Source: Vicugna vicugna (lineage: Eukaryota). Taken from it: a stretch of 64,000 bases of DNA. Each line of letters opens with the position of its first letter. Position 1 is the first letter of the stretch. Position numbers and translations under genes: made by a program. A model generated the notes under the pieces. It was not told where the DNA came from. It worked only from the letters and a program-made list of their open reading frames with translations, and searched no databases. The stretch lies in contig MU061579.1 of assembly GCA_013265495.1 (NCBI GenBank), positions 7,044,124 to 7,108,123 of the forward strand, read 5' to 3'. This document shows positions 39,060 to 51,982 of the stretch, in pieces.

Positions 39060-40700
39060 CTCAGGCTACTAACATGCCTGTTAGACACTGGATTCTAGAT
39101 TAGGAGAAAGGGCATCAATTTGTTCTCCAGCAACAGATGGAGAATGAAAGTTGACCAACACCCAAATGGATGGAGATGAGGACAAAAGAACAAGTCAGAC
39201 ATCCTGGATATTCACCAAGTTTGAGGGGAAAAGCCTTTGAAAAACATTTTACAGATTAAGAAAAATGGATTAGGATGACAAAAATATATATGAAAATGAT
39301 TTTTCTACAAAAAAAAAGACTTTAGCAAGCACGTTGGCATCTTAGTAGCATTTGAGACTGAAAATCACATGGTGAGAACAGACTAATGTGAGAAAACAGC
39401 TACATGGTAGAGATGGGTGACTTGCAAGGAAAACAAAAACTAGAATTATCACAGTAAAAATCAAGTCAGTCCAGTGATGCAGAGAATAATATGAAATGGT
39501 TTCTCAGTATTCAGGAGAAAAAGAGATGAAGAATAAAAGAAAAAAAATGGAGGGCTGAGAAAAGAATCCAACCCTAAAATTACAGGTATTTCCAGGAAGG
39601 AAAACATTAAGGTCAGAAGCAATAATCAGAAACAATATTGGAAGGAGTGGAGGGTATATAGCTCAGGGGTAGAGTGCGTGCTTAGCAGGCATGAGGTCCT
39701 GGGTTCAGTCCCCAGTGCCTCTTCTAAAAATAAATAAATAATACTAATTACCTTCTCCTCCCTGCCCCCCCCAAAAAAAACCAATTTTGGAGGAAGAAAA
39801 TCTGGACAAATGCTTTTTACTAGCAATCAAAACAGATCTTTGACAAGTGTAACAAAATTGAGAAATATATAGAAGTAAAATTAGGAATAATAAAGAGTGA
39901 TTTAGCCACAGATACAGAAATAACAACCATAAACAACAGTAAGATGTAGAACTGACTAGGGGCCATGAGTCTGCTGTTACATCTGCAGGATTTTTAAACA
40001 TTTGTATCATAAGTAAGAAAACTTAAAATTAAAAGAAAATACTATGTAAAACTCGATGCTGGGAAAGTTTCAAAGCTGAATACATGACTACTTCTCTGAA
40101 AAGTTTTAATTACCAAAACAGATTCAAGATGATTTAGATAAACCGCTAGTTGTAAAAGAAAGTTCATCAAAGCATAGCTTCCCAAAAAAAAGCTTCCTTT
40201 TGTTTCCAAAAAGTAAAAAAAAAAAAAAAAAAAAGATCTGTGTATCCTTCAAAGCTTTTCATTCCACACTAAATAAATTGTTCCATTGTAAAGAAAGACA
40301 AAGGTGAAAGCCATCTTACTCACTTTTTATGCTAGCATAATCCTGACCCCAAACATGACAGAGCACAAAAATTAATACCCCTTGTTGATTTTAATATAGG
40401 TTAAAAATTCTTTATGAAATGATTACTAAACCAAATTTTGAAAGTTTTTAAAAAGTATCCACCATACTTAGGGTTTACCTCAGAAAGGTAAGAAGATTTA
40501 TTAGGAAGTTCATCAATAAGTAAATCAATGCTAAAAATGTTAATTTCAACTCATGCCAGAAAAGGAATTTAACAAAATTCAAGACCCTTTTCTACAAAGT
40601 GATGAATTCTGTAAGCCTACCAACAGATTCTTCCTTTATATATTAAGAATATCTACCATATGTTAATAACCAACTTTGTGATTACTACATGCCCATGGCC
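39060..40700 (+). mobile_element. Very old, degraded L1 (L1M/HAL1-like) fragments
   Basis: A-rich strand bias and remnant ORF2-like motifs (gctagcataatcctgac…tagggtttacctcag…aacaaaattcaagaccc). Confidence 0.55.
39647..39780 (+). mobile_element. tRNA-derived camelid SINE (Vic-1-like)
   Basis: Pol III A box TAGCTCAGGGG and B box GGTTCAGTCC, tRNA-like head (gtagagtgcgtgcttagcaggcatgaggtcctgggttc), A-rich and C-rich tail, degenerate TSD (caatattggaagga / caattttggagga). Confidence 0.85.
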
Positions 40701-40887
40701 TGTGTCATACTTATAAACATGAATGCTTACTGACAGGAATCTGCAGACGACTATAAAGTAAAATATGAAAGTGAGCCATAATGTCACCATCCAGAGACAC
40801 TCATTTAACTAACACTCATTAGCTAAATATTTAAACTAGTATTTTAAGTATGTGCCAGGCCCTGTTCTGTTTATCTGAATGTTTTTA

Positions 40888-41119
40888 CAGTTGACCCTTG
40901 AACAACAGGGGAGTTAGAGGCGCCAGTCCTCCCACAGTTGAACACCCAGCTATATGGCTTCCCTTGTCTGCACCGTTACACACTGTTCCTCCATATCCAC
41001 AGTTCTGCATCCATGGGTTCAACCAACTGTGGATCATGTAGTACTGTAGTGTTTACTATTGAAAGATATTTGCATACAAGTGAACCTGTGCAGTTCAAAC
41101 CTGTTTTAAGGGTCAACTC
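40888..41119. mobile_element. Tigger2-derived MITE (second copy)
   Basis: TIRs cagttgacccttgaa…ttaagggtcaactc with TA on both sides. Confidence 0.85.
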
Positions 41120-42581
41120 TACTTTGTTAAGAATATTCTGCATAGGTATTCCTCATTGTCCTGATGAAGAGACAGACACATAGACGGGTTAGGTAGCTTT
41201 CCCAAGGTCACTGAGCAAGCACATAGGTGAGGTATAAATTCAAGCAGTGTTAGAGAATTCACACCCTTAAGCCATATGTTAAATCATCTCTTTAGAGAAA
41301 TTTTTCCAGTATTTTATCATAAGCATTTCCCAATGACATATAATTTTCTTAAATTATTATTTAAATAATTTATAATACTGGAGCATACAAATGAACTACT
41401 ATATATTTAAATGTTGCCTGTTTTTACATATGTAGGTCATTTCTGATTATTTACTATAAATATTAATGCATTTAACATTTTCACATAAATTCAAACTGCC
41501 TGATTTTTTCTTTGAGGATAAACTCCAAGATGCAGAATTACTAGGTCGAAACTCATTAGTATGTGTAAACCGTCCTGAATTTCTGCTTGTTTTCTGGAAA
41601 GATTCTGTGATTTGCATTTCTACCCAAAGAAGATGAGAATGCCCATTTCATAGTGACTTTATTAGTTCTAAAAACTACCACAACTTAACACTTTTGTAAA
41701 TTTGATAGGTACAAAAAGGAGTATCTTACTTCACATCTTCGGCTACTAGTAATGTTTAAAAATCTTTTCATATGTATATTAGCCATTGGAAAATAGTTTT
41801 GTGATTTGCCTGTTGATTCCTACATCACAGAAAGCAGTGTAGCTAACGGTTAAGAACAGCCATTTTTGTCAGAGGCTCTGGAATTTTCAACTTTTAAGAA
41901 ATAGAACATCACTATACTAGATACATCGTTCTCACACAAAGGACATGGTAAGTTGTCCAGTTATTCTTGGAAACCTAGGTTAATCATGATCCCACAAACC
42001 TTAATCTCACTGAACCTGTTTCCTTATCTTCAAAGTGGGGGTAATGATACTTCATTGGTTTATTGTCAGTATTAAATAAGATACTACATGGAAAATGTTT
42101 AATGCACAAATGGCAGCTTTCAAACGGTAACTTTTAAAACATATTGCTCTATGCTTTTAGGCCACTTACCTGGAGCTCTATGTAGACTTATATTAGAGTT
42201 TTGTATGTACTTCTCAGTAGTTGATAAATTCTCAGGAGGAATTTTTATCCTTGCCCTTTGCCTCTAGCACACTAGTATCTAGCAAAAGCCTGATGTGTAT
42301 TAGGAGTGGAGTACACATCTACCATATTGGGCTGAATGTAAAATTACTCTACTTTGAAAGGACATTTTGTAATTAGATGTCATGATTCCATCTAGCTAGC
42401 CTCTAAAACATTTTTTTCATTTTCCTATTGCAGAATTTTAAAAAATAGAAATCCTCAAATTTAGGTTCTCAAGGGCAGCTTTCAGATTTTTAACTGCTTG
42501 CTAACCACCTCATTTAGGACAGACTCCATTACAGGCCAGCGCCAGACAGGCCACACTCAAGGGCAAACATACGAGTAGTGA

Positions 42582-42844
42582 CCTCCCTTCAATGGGGAGG
42601 GATCAGTTAGGAGCTTGGGACTAATAGATACACACTACTATATATAAAATAGATAAACAACAAGGATTACTGTATTGCACAGGGAATTCTCTTGTAATAA
42701 CCTATAGTGGAAGAGAATCTGAAAAGAAAATCTACATATGTATGTACATGTATAACTGAATCACTTTGCTGTACACCTGAAACTAACATTGTAAATCAAC
42801 TATACTTTAATAAAAAATAAAATTTCAGAAAAATTTTTAAAAAA
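42582..42844 (+). mobile_element. 5'-truncated L1 3' end (artiodactyl/camelid type)
   Basis: gtataactgaatcactttgctgtacacctgaaactaacattgtaaatcaactatactttAATAAA; TSD gagtagtga at 42573-42581 and 42845-42853. Confidence 0.9.
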
Positions 42845-45169
42845 GAGTAGTGAACACCTCAATTACAGTTGATTTCATGAACAAAGATAAACCAGTGTGG
42901 ATCTTGGCAAATGAAGTGTCCGCCCCCCGCCTTCTCTTTCCATTGAAAAATAAATGTTTTCATAAGTATCTCCCAGTGTTTTGTGTAGTAAAACACACAA
43001 AAAAAGAAACTCACTGATAGGTTTTATGAAGACCTACAAAAATCAACATGGTTCTTTTAAGTTATTTTCAATGTCAGGCCAAAGTTATTATAAAAGTTCA
43101 GGGGGAATAACATTTTCAGGTATTTTTAGTTAGACCATGTTTTAGGTTAGAACTTTTTTTTATAATAGAAATACAAATTTGTCAGCCTCCTTTTGGTTCT
43201 GGTGATTAAGACAATAAATTTTGTATGGCCTTCTGTGCCCTTTGTCCACCCCCAACTCCCCTTCCCAACTTATGAGCCTGCGTTTGTTCCAAATCCCTGT
43301 TAATAATCATTTGACAAAATACTAACGACAATGACTGATTTGGAGAATTTTGAATGTTCTATTATTATCTTCTTCTATACTGATGCCTGAATTAGAATAA
43401 AAGGCATATACAACATTCATCTATATGGACAGGTTTAAGTTCAATTTTATTACCTAAGCTTTCTCAAAGAGAAAAGTGAAACATAGGCCAAATAATAATC
43501 ATTTGCATAATCAGAAGGCTGTTGGTTAAGGAGGTGAGCAGTGTGATAGGGTCAGGGTGTCATTTAGTTCATTTCATCGTCATTCACAGTGGGTGACAGT
43601 TCACAATTTCAAGAAAGTTAGGAGGAAACTCTGCTTTCCCCTGCAGCCATGGCTGGTGCCAGCCAGATTCTACCCTGATTTTGCATGCATCCTAGGATGA
43701 TTCCTTGGCCTGTTAGGCAATTACCTTTCAGCTGGCCCTTGTGTTTTGCTTTATTTCCCTGAACTTTTTTTTTTTTTTTTGGAGTGACCTTTAAGTCACA
43801 GGGACTTAATAATTTGGTGACTGTTATAAAAGTGTTTCTTTCAATACACACCCCCTATGTGTCCTCTCTAGGGGTAATTTTATAAATCATTTTTCAAAAC
43901 CCTGCTTTTTTGTAATGCTGGGCTCAACAACTGATTTCTTTAAAAATTGAGAAGTTTAAAGAATTGGGCATTTTGCTGAAATTCACAAGGACTCATTTGT
44001 TGTTTTAAAGCTGTTGAGGGAACCAATATTTGTTTTTATACAATTATAAACTGTAAAACTAATGGAGTAGTTTGATTTCATTTGTGTTGAAGTTATAAAA
44101 CTGGCTACAATGGCAATTCAGATTCTATCACTCAACTTTCAGACTAATTGTACAAAGGAAAGCCAGAGGTGAACAAATGCTTAGTAATTTGGACTCCTCC
44201 ATGTCCCCTACCCCTTCTCGCACCAAAAAACAAAACAAAACAAAAACAACTCTTTTACTCTGGTTTCAGGATAATTCAGTGGAAAACCATATAGTAGTAC
44301 ATGAATTTGTGCAAGGTTTCATTATATTTAAGTTTCAGAAAAAGGCAGCACTTTCTGGTATGTTCTACTGGGTTTTCACAGGAAGAACTGTGATGTGCAA
44401 AGCTAAGGTGGTCCATCGAACCTGAGGGTCTGAATAAATGTAACAAAACACATATGGAACAATGTTTCCACGTTTGCAACCACTGAGGCCTGTTGTTATC
44501 TTCACTTCACAGAGCAAACCAAGACACAGAGAGGCTGAACAGATCACCCAGAGTCACACAGAGAAGCTAGAATTCACTCAGCCAGGCTAGCTCCAGGTTA
44601 TCACTCTGGTGCCATGTTTTTGTGTGTCACAAAGCACATTTCCTAATTCGTTTTATCACTTAATCCTACTAATATCCCCAGGAGATACTAGAGTTGTATT
44701 ATTGCTTGTTCACTGGAGTCAACTGAGACAAGAAGCATGAAGCAGAGTGGACGGGGGTTGTGCCCTGAAGTCATTTCAGCCCCAGTTCCCTGACAGCTTG
44801 GCTCCTCCTCTCCTCTCATGCCTCCGTCTCTCAGGGAGGTTGGTTTTGCTAAGGAACATTCTCGTTAAATGAAAACATAAACTGTGTCTTGACCAGACAA
44901 GTGAAGGCAGACCTGTCCCAGGTGAAGCAGGGTGGACCGGGCACTTACACATCCCTCCTGTCCCGCCCATTCCCATCCCGCCCCCAGCGCCCCCAGGTGG
45001 CTCCATGGAACACAGCTGGGTACCCACTGCTTCACCCCATGCGTGTTACCTTCCCAGAGGTACAAAATGGGTTTGTTCTCCCTGGAAGGCTGAGTGGTGA
45101 TAGGGGAAATTAGCATGGAGAGGCCAGAAATTCCTGGACACAGGAAGAGCACAGAAGAAAAAGCCAGCT

Positions 45170-46080
45170 TTTTTTTAGTTGGGTATAAATCAGGATTTGA
45201 ACTTGGTGCTTGTGAGCTGCAGTCTGTTGTTCATCTGTAAAAGGGGAATAAGCAGTGATGTCTTTCGTCAAGTGCTTCTGGTAGGCCAAGTTTCTAGGCA
45301 CTCTTTCATTTAATCCTTGCAGAAAAATTCTGAGGTGCAGCTATTGTCATCCCCAACTTACAGATGAAAAATTAAGGCTCAGAGAGATGAGCTAACTCCC
45401 CCAAGCCTACTAGGTTAGAAGATGGCAGAGTTGGAATTCAAAACCACATCGGTCTATCAAGTCTATGCCCTTAACTGACATTGGATTGGGGAAATTATGA
45501 GATAAAGCTCCTAATGTGTGTCAGGGACATAGTAGGTGTCTAATAAATGGCAGATGTTGTTTTAGGGAGATAACATTATTTAAGAGTACAGACTCTGAAC
45601 TCATACTGTCAGGGTTCAGGTATCTGCTCTACTGTTCACGTGAGCAGATATCTGTTCACATGATGTGTGATTATGGAGATTATGGACGAATTTTTAAAAT
45701 CTCTCTAGGCTTCAATTATCCCATTTATAAAATTGGAATAATATTAGCACCTACTACACAGTTTTTGTGACAATCAAGTGAGATACTGTGTTACTTAGCA
45801 CTGGCCCTTACCCACTGTGTGTGTTAAATAAACTTTGATACAATTAGGATCTCTGTGTCAAAGAACCAGAAACAGGAGACCAAAAAAAGTGGATTTTCCA
45901 AGTAGCCTCCATTTATCTCATTTTGTTTTCACCAAACCTTGTATTAAGTGGTGCTACATCATTCCCATTTTATAAATGATACTTTGAGAGGTTTTAAAAC
46001 ATTTTTCTCAAATGCTTATAACCGGTAAGTAATGGAACTGGAATGTGAGCCCAGGCCGGGGGACTTCTGAGCCCGCATCG
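45170..46080. mobile_element. Cluster of about four MIR fragments in both orientations
   Basis: MIR cores at about 45230 (+), 45360 (-), 45720 (+) and 45965 (-). Confidence 0.7.
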
Positions 46081-47914
46081 TCATTCTGCCTCCATTCAGA
46101 CAAGCTGGTGAAGATACTTTCCCTAGTCTTGAGGAGCCCAAGTGTCAGGGGTGCAGCAGATTAGAGAAATGCTATTCTCTTCCCTGATGAAATTCGGAAC
46201 CAGTTGTGAGAGGCTGTTGCACGAATTAGGTAGATGGAGATTTCAAATGTCACCTTTTTCACGGTAAAGCTGTTGAAGAGCGTGGCTTAGATCTGATACC
46301 AAGCAGAATTATTCAATCTTTCATAAGGCAGAATGACCCACCCACTGGCCAGCCTCACACCTCATCCCCAACCCCAACCCCACGAAGCCTGCCCTGGAGG
46401 ATTGGAGCTGAGTGAGGGCTTCCTGTCAGCAGAAAGATCCCTGGAAGAGAGAAGGGCAGACTCATTTGTCTCCCATGGTCTCTCCCATATCACCAGTTGG
46501 ATAAGTGACTCCTCCACTCCTGGATGGAGTGAGTGAAGGTGCAGAAAGGCAAGGCGTGTTACTCTAATGAATATAAACACCCTGGGTGGGGTGTAAGATC
46601 ACATTTAATGTTCCCAGATTTGAGTTCTCTCAACTTTGCTGGGCTCAGTCTTTAAGAATATGGGTCATCCAGGTGTGTGACTGACCCCTCAGGTGAGATT
46701 AACATCCGTCAGAGCAGGACAGCTCCCAGATTCACGCAGCCACTCTTCCAGACCAGCCACTGCTCCTCTGGGTTTCCTCCCTGGACCATAGCAAGGCAGT
46801 GTTCACTTTGACCCCAGAAAGCTCCAGAATAGCTCAGAAATACACAATTATTAAATTAATGTGAAAGCTACTCTGTACCTAAATCTGAAATTCAGTCTGT
46901 ATTCTATTTCTCATCCCAAATTGTGTGCCACATTGTCCAATACAGCCCTTCAGAAGTTCTATAACGAGATTTAAAAACAGCATACAGCTATTCCAATAAT
47001 GAAATGCTAATAATATAAACAGTTCTACTGAATATAAATCTCACCCCATTATTAATTACATAGGGAGAAATTAACTTTAAAAGATTAACATTCAAAAAAT
47101 TAAAGTAGAATGTAGTTAAGTCAAATTTCAAAATAACTGAAAATTCTTTTGCTTTTGTGGGATAAAATTTTTTAAATTACAGTTCAAAATTTATCTTCAG
47201 TATCTTATTCTGTTCAGTCTCATTCACAGTCTTGATACCTAGGACAAGCTTGGGCTCTGGGTGGGTGTTACTGCTTCCGCATCTCAGAAATGAACCATCA
47301 TTCTGTGATTCCAAAAAGATAATAAAACATAGCTAACCATCGTGGTGCTGATCCCACACCCATGAAATTAGGAACACAAGCCAACCCCAGGCCCTAAAGA
47401 AGGTAGCCCAGGCACCCTTACGTTCTGCCAATCCATACTTGATATTGCGAAAAACCGTAGCAGAGACTCAGCGCTAGCAAGTGAAAAAGAGTCAACAGAG
47501 GAAGTCCTGGTTTCCACCTCGCCGGGGTGCCGGTTGGTCTGTGCATGCGCTCCAGCGACCATGACCTAGATTCTTTGGGGAGAATGTTCCCATTAAGAGA
47601 TTAACTTTGGCATTTTCACTTTGTTTACGAATTCAGGAGGACACTTCTCACATGTACTGCCCCCTCACAGGACCTAGCATTGAGACACTCCTGCCTTGCG
47701 AACTGAAATATTTGGAATGATGCCAACCTCAGGCATCGAGCTTTATATGAGAGTTGCCTGCCTCTCCAAGGGGAAAGATGACTGGGGAAGACGGTGCTCT
47801 CCCACACCTCTCCCTCCTCCTCCCCCTTCGAGCCCATGTTTCCTGCACCCCAATCTGCACTGGGGGCTTGGACCCTAGTGAGGGAACCACAGCCTTCTAT
47901 GAAACTCTTGTCAC

Positions 47915-50350
47915 AAGTGTCCATCACTATCCCCTGCTATAGCATCACTTATATCTAAGAAGTGTGGTTCCTGGGGAAGATTTTCGCTGAATCCACACGT
48001 TTCAACTGGAGAATTCCCTAAGATTCCTGAACTGAAAGTGCTGTTGGTGTCTTGGGAGCCTGTTGAAAACCACTTCTGCCATGCTCTCCTTTGGGTTTTG
48101 GCTGTCTGACGCCTGGGCGCCTTTCTCTGTGCACACTTTCTCTGCGGTAGCATCGTCTAGTCTTTTAGGAACTCTCAGGGGAATTTCCAGCAGCTGACTT
48201 CTTACCTGGGTCTATTCCCTTTTCTGACACCTATTCACTGAATTTGAGGGCCATTTCCCCCTTTTGATTTATAGACAAGAACAATTGATTTTCTAAGATA
48301 TCTCTTTAGATTTCATCCTCTGGGGTCTTCCATGGTGAGAAATACAAAATTAGGAGTTCTTGGTGTGCCAGAGACTTCTACTTTACAAACAAATCACGCC
48401 TCCCTGCCCCTCCCTGCACTGGCGAATTCACCTAGGTGATACTCCCATAGGATCGGCAGGGAACCTAGACCTGGACGTGCTCCATTATTGTTCCACCCGG
48501 TCACATGGAGGGTGTCTCACTTTCTCTGTCCTCAAGTTCTTGTCTCATCAATTTATCAAGCAAGTCCCTCAGAGCCTGGTAAACACATGCACACCCTCTA
48601 CCATGGCTTTGTCACCTGAAGACTCATCCAGAAATACTCTGCTGCCTTCTCCAGTCATTTCATATCAAATCTGGCCACATAGGTAACCACTTTCTACAGT
48701 GGCCCAATCATCAGAAGGTCAGTCCTCAACGGCTTTTACTGGAGACAATGCAGGTTTTTGAGTTGTTTGCAAATGTTTTTCCAGAATCTGGCGCCCTCTA
48801 GGGGAGTCATTTTGGGTGGTTTTTTGTCCTCTGCGGGGTTTCCTGAGACAGCTCAAATCCCTCTTTCTGACCTCATATCAACTGAAAGGTATCTCTTTAA
48901 TGGGAGCAGGCAGACTTAGGCACATCTCCTTGTGTTCTGTAGCTGTCTCTTCAGGCCTTCAAAGATCTCGTATCTATCTAGCCTGTCTTCTAAGATGTCA
49001 GCCTCTCCCTCAGGGCAACCTTTCTTTCCTTCAGCTTTTGATCCGTTTATTTATTGTGTTTTCAGTCTTCTGCTGCTCCTGATCTGATTGTCATGTCAAA
49101 GCACATTTTCCAAAGCACTTGAGTTTTTCCTTTATCCCCTGATTCCTAGGGACAAGCCTTTGGGTTTGTGATAATTTTACTGAGTTGTTCTCTTCTTCAA
49201 CCCAAGACGATGGCATATTCTATTTATCTATTCTGAACATACTACCCTTTACAGGTGACTCTCGAGAGCTTTTGGCAAGCACAAAATTCATTAGCTGTAT
49301 TAATTCCCTGTTAGCCCTGAATGTAGTTCGTGGATTCTGGGGCAGCAAGAATCATGCTGCCTCCCTGGGCTGGGCAATAACAATTTAAAGCCAGAACATT
49401 CCAACATGCTCTGTGCACATGGAGCTCAGCTATTTCTGCTCTTTTGAGTCTTGGCTAGTAGGCCCAGCAAAGAAACAGCAGCAAAAAGCCACTCAGTTCC
49501 TGACCATCTAAAAGGCCTGTCCAAATGAACACTTTCCCCATCTTGACCTCCCTGATGACTGCTTTCCAAGGCTGGCAGCTACAGTCCTGCCTGGATGTAA
49601 ACCTCTCCTTGCCCATACAGAAACAGCCATTCACCTGTGAATAAAGCCATACTAAGCCAGAGTAGGAATCCCACAAGACCCACACTTGCCAAGGCCAGAT
49701 GCCTTTTGCTCAGCTGACCAGTAAAAGCCAACAGTAAAAACCAGCTGCATGGCACTATACAGACACCAGTCAACTACCATGAACCCTCCATGCTGACCCA
49801 AAGGCCCAAAGCCAGTACCTTGGCCCCACTAAAACCCTCTCTACTCTTGGTCTGTTTCTCAGACTTCCCAGATGAACACACCAGACATTGGGAATTTAAG
49901 GCAATCAGTAAATAACAGTCCTCTTACCCATGCTTAAATTCTGAATCCACTGAGATAAACACAGGAGTCAGGCAACAATTTAAAATCTCAACTTTTCTGT
50001 GAATCTAGCCATTGGGAATTCCCAGGTAAATGTGAGTGTCAAATTTCACAATCACTTACCACCCACCACTGGACCTCAGGCCGCACCCCCTCCCGGAGGG
50101 GACCTGTCTGCATCCAACTAGCTGCTCAGAGGGGCAGAGCTGAACACGTTCTCTGCCAAGAAGAGATGCCCAGCTCCATCTCCCAAAGCCTCAAGAGTGT
50201 CATTCCCCAACCCTAGAGAGGATGACTGAAGGAGGGTGAGAAATGGAAAGCGGCACTCCAATGGGAGTCCCTCCCCGTGAAAACACCAGGAGCACAAAGT
50301 TCCACCTTAACACTAAGCCCAAGAACACATCCAACAGGAAAGCATGTGCT
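47915..50350 (-). mobile_element. Probable fossil Ty3/Gypsy-type LTR-retrotransposon internal segment with a gag remnant
   Basis: Minus-strand translation across frameshifts at 48718-48381 gives PSDDWAT…VARF…LEKAAEYFWMSL…YQALRDLLDK…*PGGTIMEHV…RDLFV, in the order expected for Gypsy capsid motifs. Boundaries uncertain. Confidence 0.5.
48789..48804 (-). promoter_or_regulatory. CTCF core motif
   Basis: Reverse complement CCCCTAGAGGGCGCCA is close to the CTCF core consensus. Motif only; binding not shown. Confidence 0.45.
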
Positions 50351-50454
50351 GTATCATCAGAACAAGGGAGGGAAATGCATCAACTGATTTGACATAATAC
50401 TGTGTGATATGACAACATATGGTAAATGTGTACGCACACACACACACACACACA

Positions 50455-50932
50455 CAGATCTGCCTCAACTTACATCCCAATAAATCCACCTTAAGTTGAA
50501 AATCTCCTACATCAAAAATGCATTTAACACATCATAACTTAGCCCAGCCTACCTTAACATGATCAGAACACTTAACATTAGCCTACAGTTGGTCAAAATC
50601 ATCCAACACAAGGCCTATTTTATAATGAAGTGTTAACTATCTCATGTAATTTATTGAAGACTGTACAGAAACGGAACAACAGAATGGTTGTCTGGGTCCG
50701 GCATGGGTATAAGTGTATCAGTTACTTCCCCCGTGACCGCGTGGCTGGCTGGGACCTGTGGCTCACTGCCCTGCCCAGCAGCATGAGAGAGTGTTAGACC
50801 ACATACCACTAGCCCAGGAAAAGATCAAAGTTCAAAATTTGGAGTTCAGTTTCTACTGAATGCATACCAGTTTCCCACCATCATAAAGTCGAAAAATCCT
50901 AAGTCAAACCATTGTAAGTTGGGGACTGTCTG
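50455..50932 (+). mobile_element. Tigger5/MER47-family DNA transposon fossil
   Basis: cagatctgcctcaacttac…cttagcccagcctacctt…gtcaaaccattgtaagttggggactgtctg matches recalled MER47/Tigger5 ends; left flank is a (CA)n run at about 50435-50456. Confidence 0.85.
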
Positions 50933-51982
50933 TCTATCATATGGTGTGTTATGCCGTTTGATGTATTATAGCATATGATAGATACACACACAACCCTATT
51001 ATTATGACAGAAATTAATGGGCAGTGGGATAAGGGATTTCTGGTATTATTGATAAGACAAGAACAACAATAATATTTACCAAGTCCTTTTACCACAGGAC
51101 TTACCATAGGCCAGGAATTCCACTAAGTGCACTTACTAACTCATGTACTTGACCACAGAGCTTGAGCTTTTAACCATGTGGCTATTCACTGTTATCTAAA
51201 ACTGAATTCCCTAAAGAAATACTTAAGGGATTAAATGAAGTTTTTTAAAATCTCTAAAAATGTGTCCTTCTCTCAGCGAACACATCACCCCACCAAGGCA
51301 GTTGCCATGAAGAAGCTGTCACTTGAAAGCTCAAGAGGCATTATTTCTTCCCTTGCTGGTGGATATTTAGGGATTTTGTAAGATTTATCTCCAGCACTTG
51401 TTCATCATAATAAGTTTTGTTATTTCTACGTAAAGGAAGCTTTCCAGGGATTTCTGCCACTAACCTGTACTAATGTGGTCTAAAAAATAAAAGCAATCCT
51501 AAATGTATATTGAAATAAACTACAATTTATTAAAAAAAAATGAATCCCAAGCAAAAGTACATTGACATGAAACCATCATGAATTTACAGGTATTTTCTCA
51601 GCTAAAAAGTTGAATGTAGAAATGTAACATCATTTCAGCTGTATCTGGCCACCTGTTAATACCCAGCCCCTAACTTGTGGTGTCAGATCTTGGTCCTGGG
51701 TGCTTACTGGGCTCTCCTCATATACAGACTCTCCAGAAAGGTCTCCAGTGTCATCAGTAGGCTGATGGCACCAACATGTGCAGTGCCAGCTCTGACCTCT
51801 GCTTCAAGCCCCGGGCTCCCTATCAACACCTAGCTGTCTCACATTCACTGCAAACTTGTATGTCCAGAGCATACTTTTTAATTTTCACCCTTATATCTCC
51901 CTGTCTGCTTCTCTTCCAGTTCAGTAAATGCACCACCATGACTTGCATTGTTCAAGCAAGAGACCAGGACATTCTCCTAAAT

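Noticed and set aside
39647..39722. Possible tRNA gene
   Set aside because: It has a SINE tail and TSD, and the stems are degraded; it is a tRNA-derived SINE.
45170..46080. Oppositely oriented MIRs as a dsRNA or editing substrate
   Set aside because: The copies are too diverged and fragmentary for long stable pairing.
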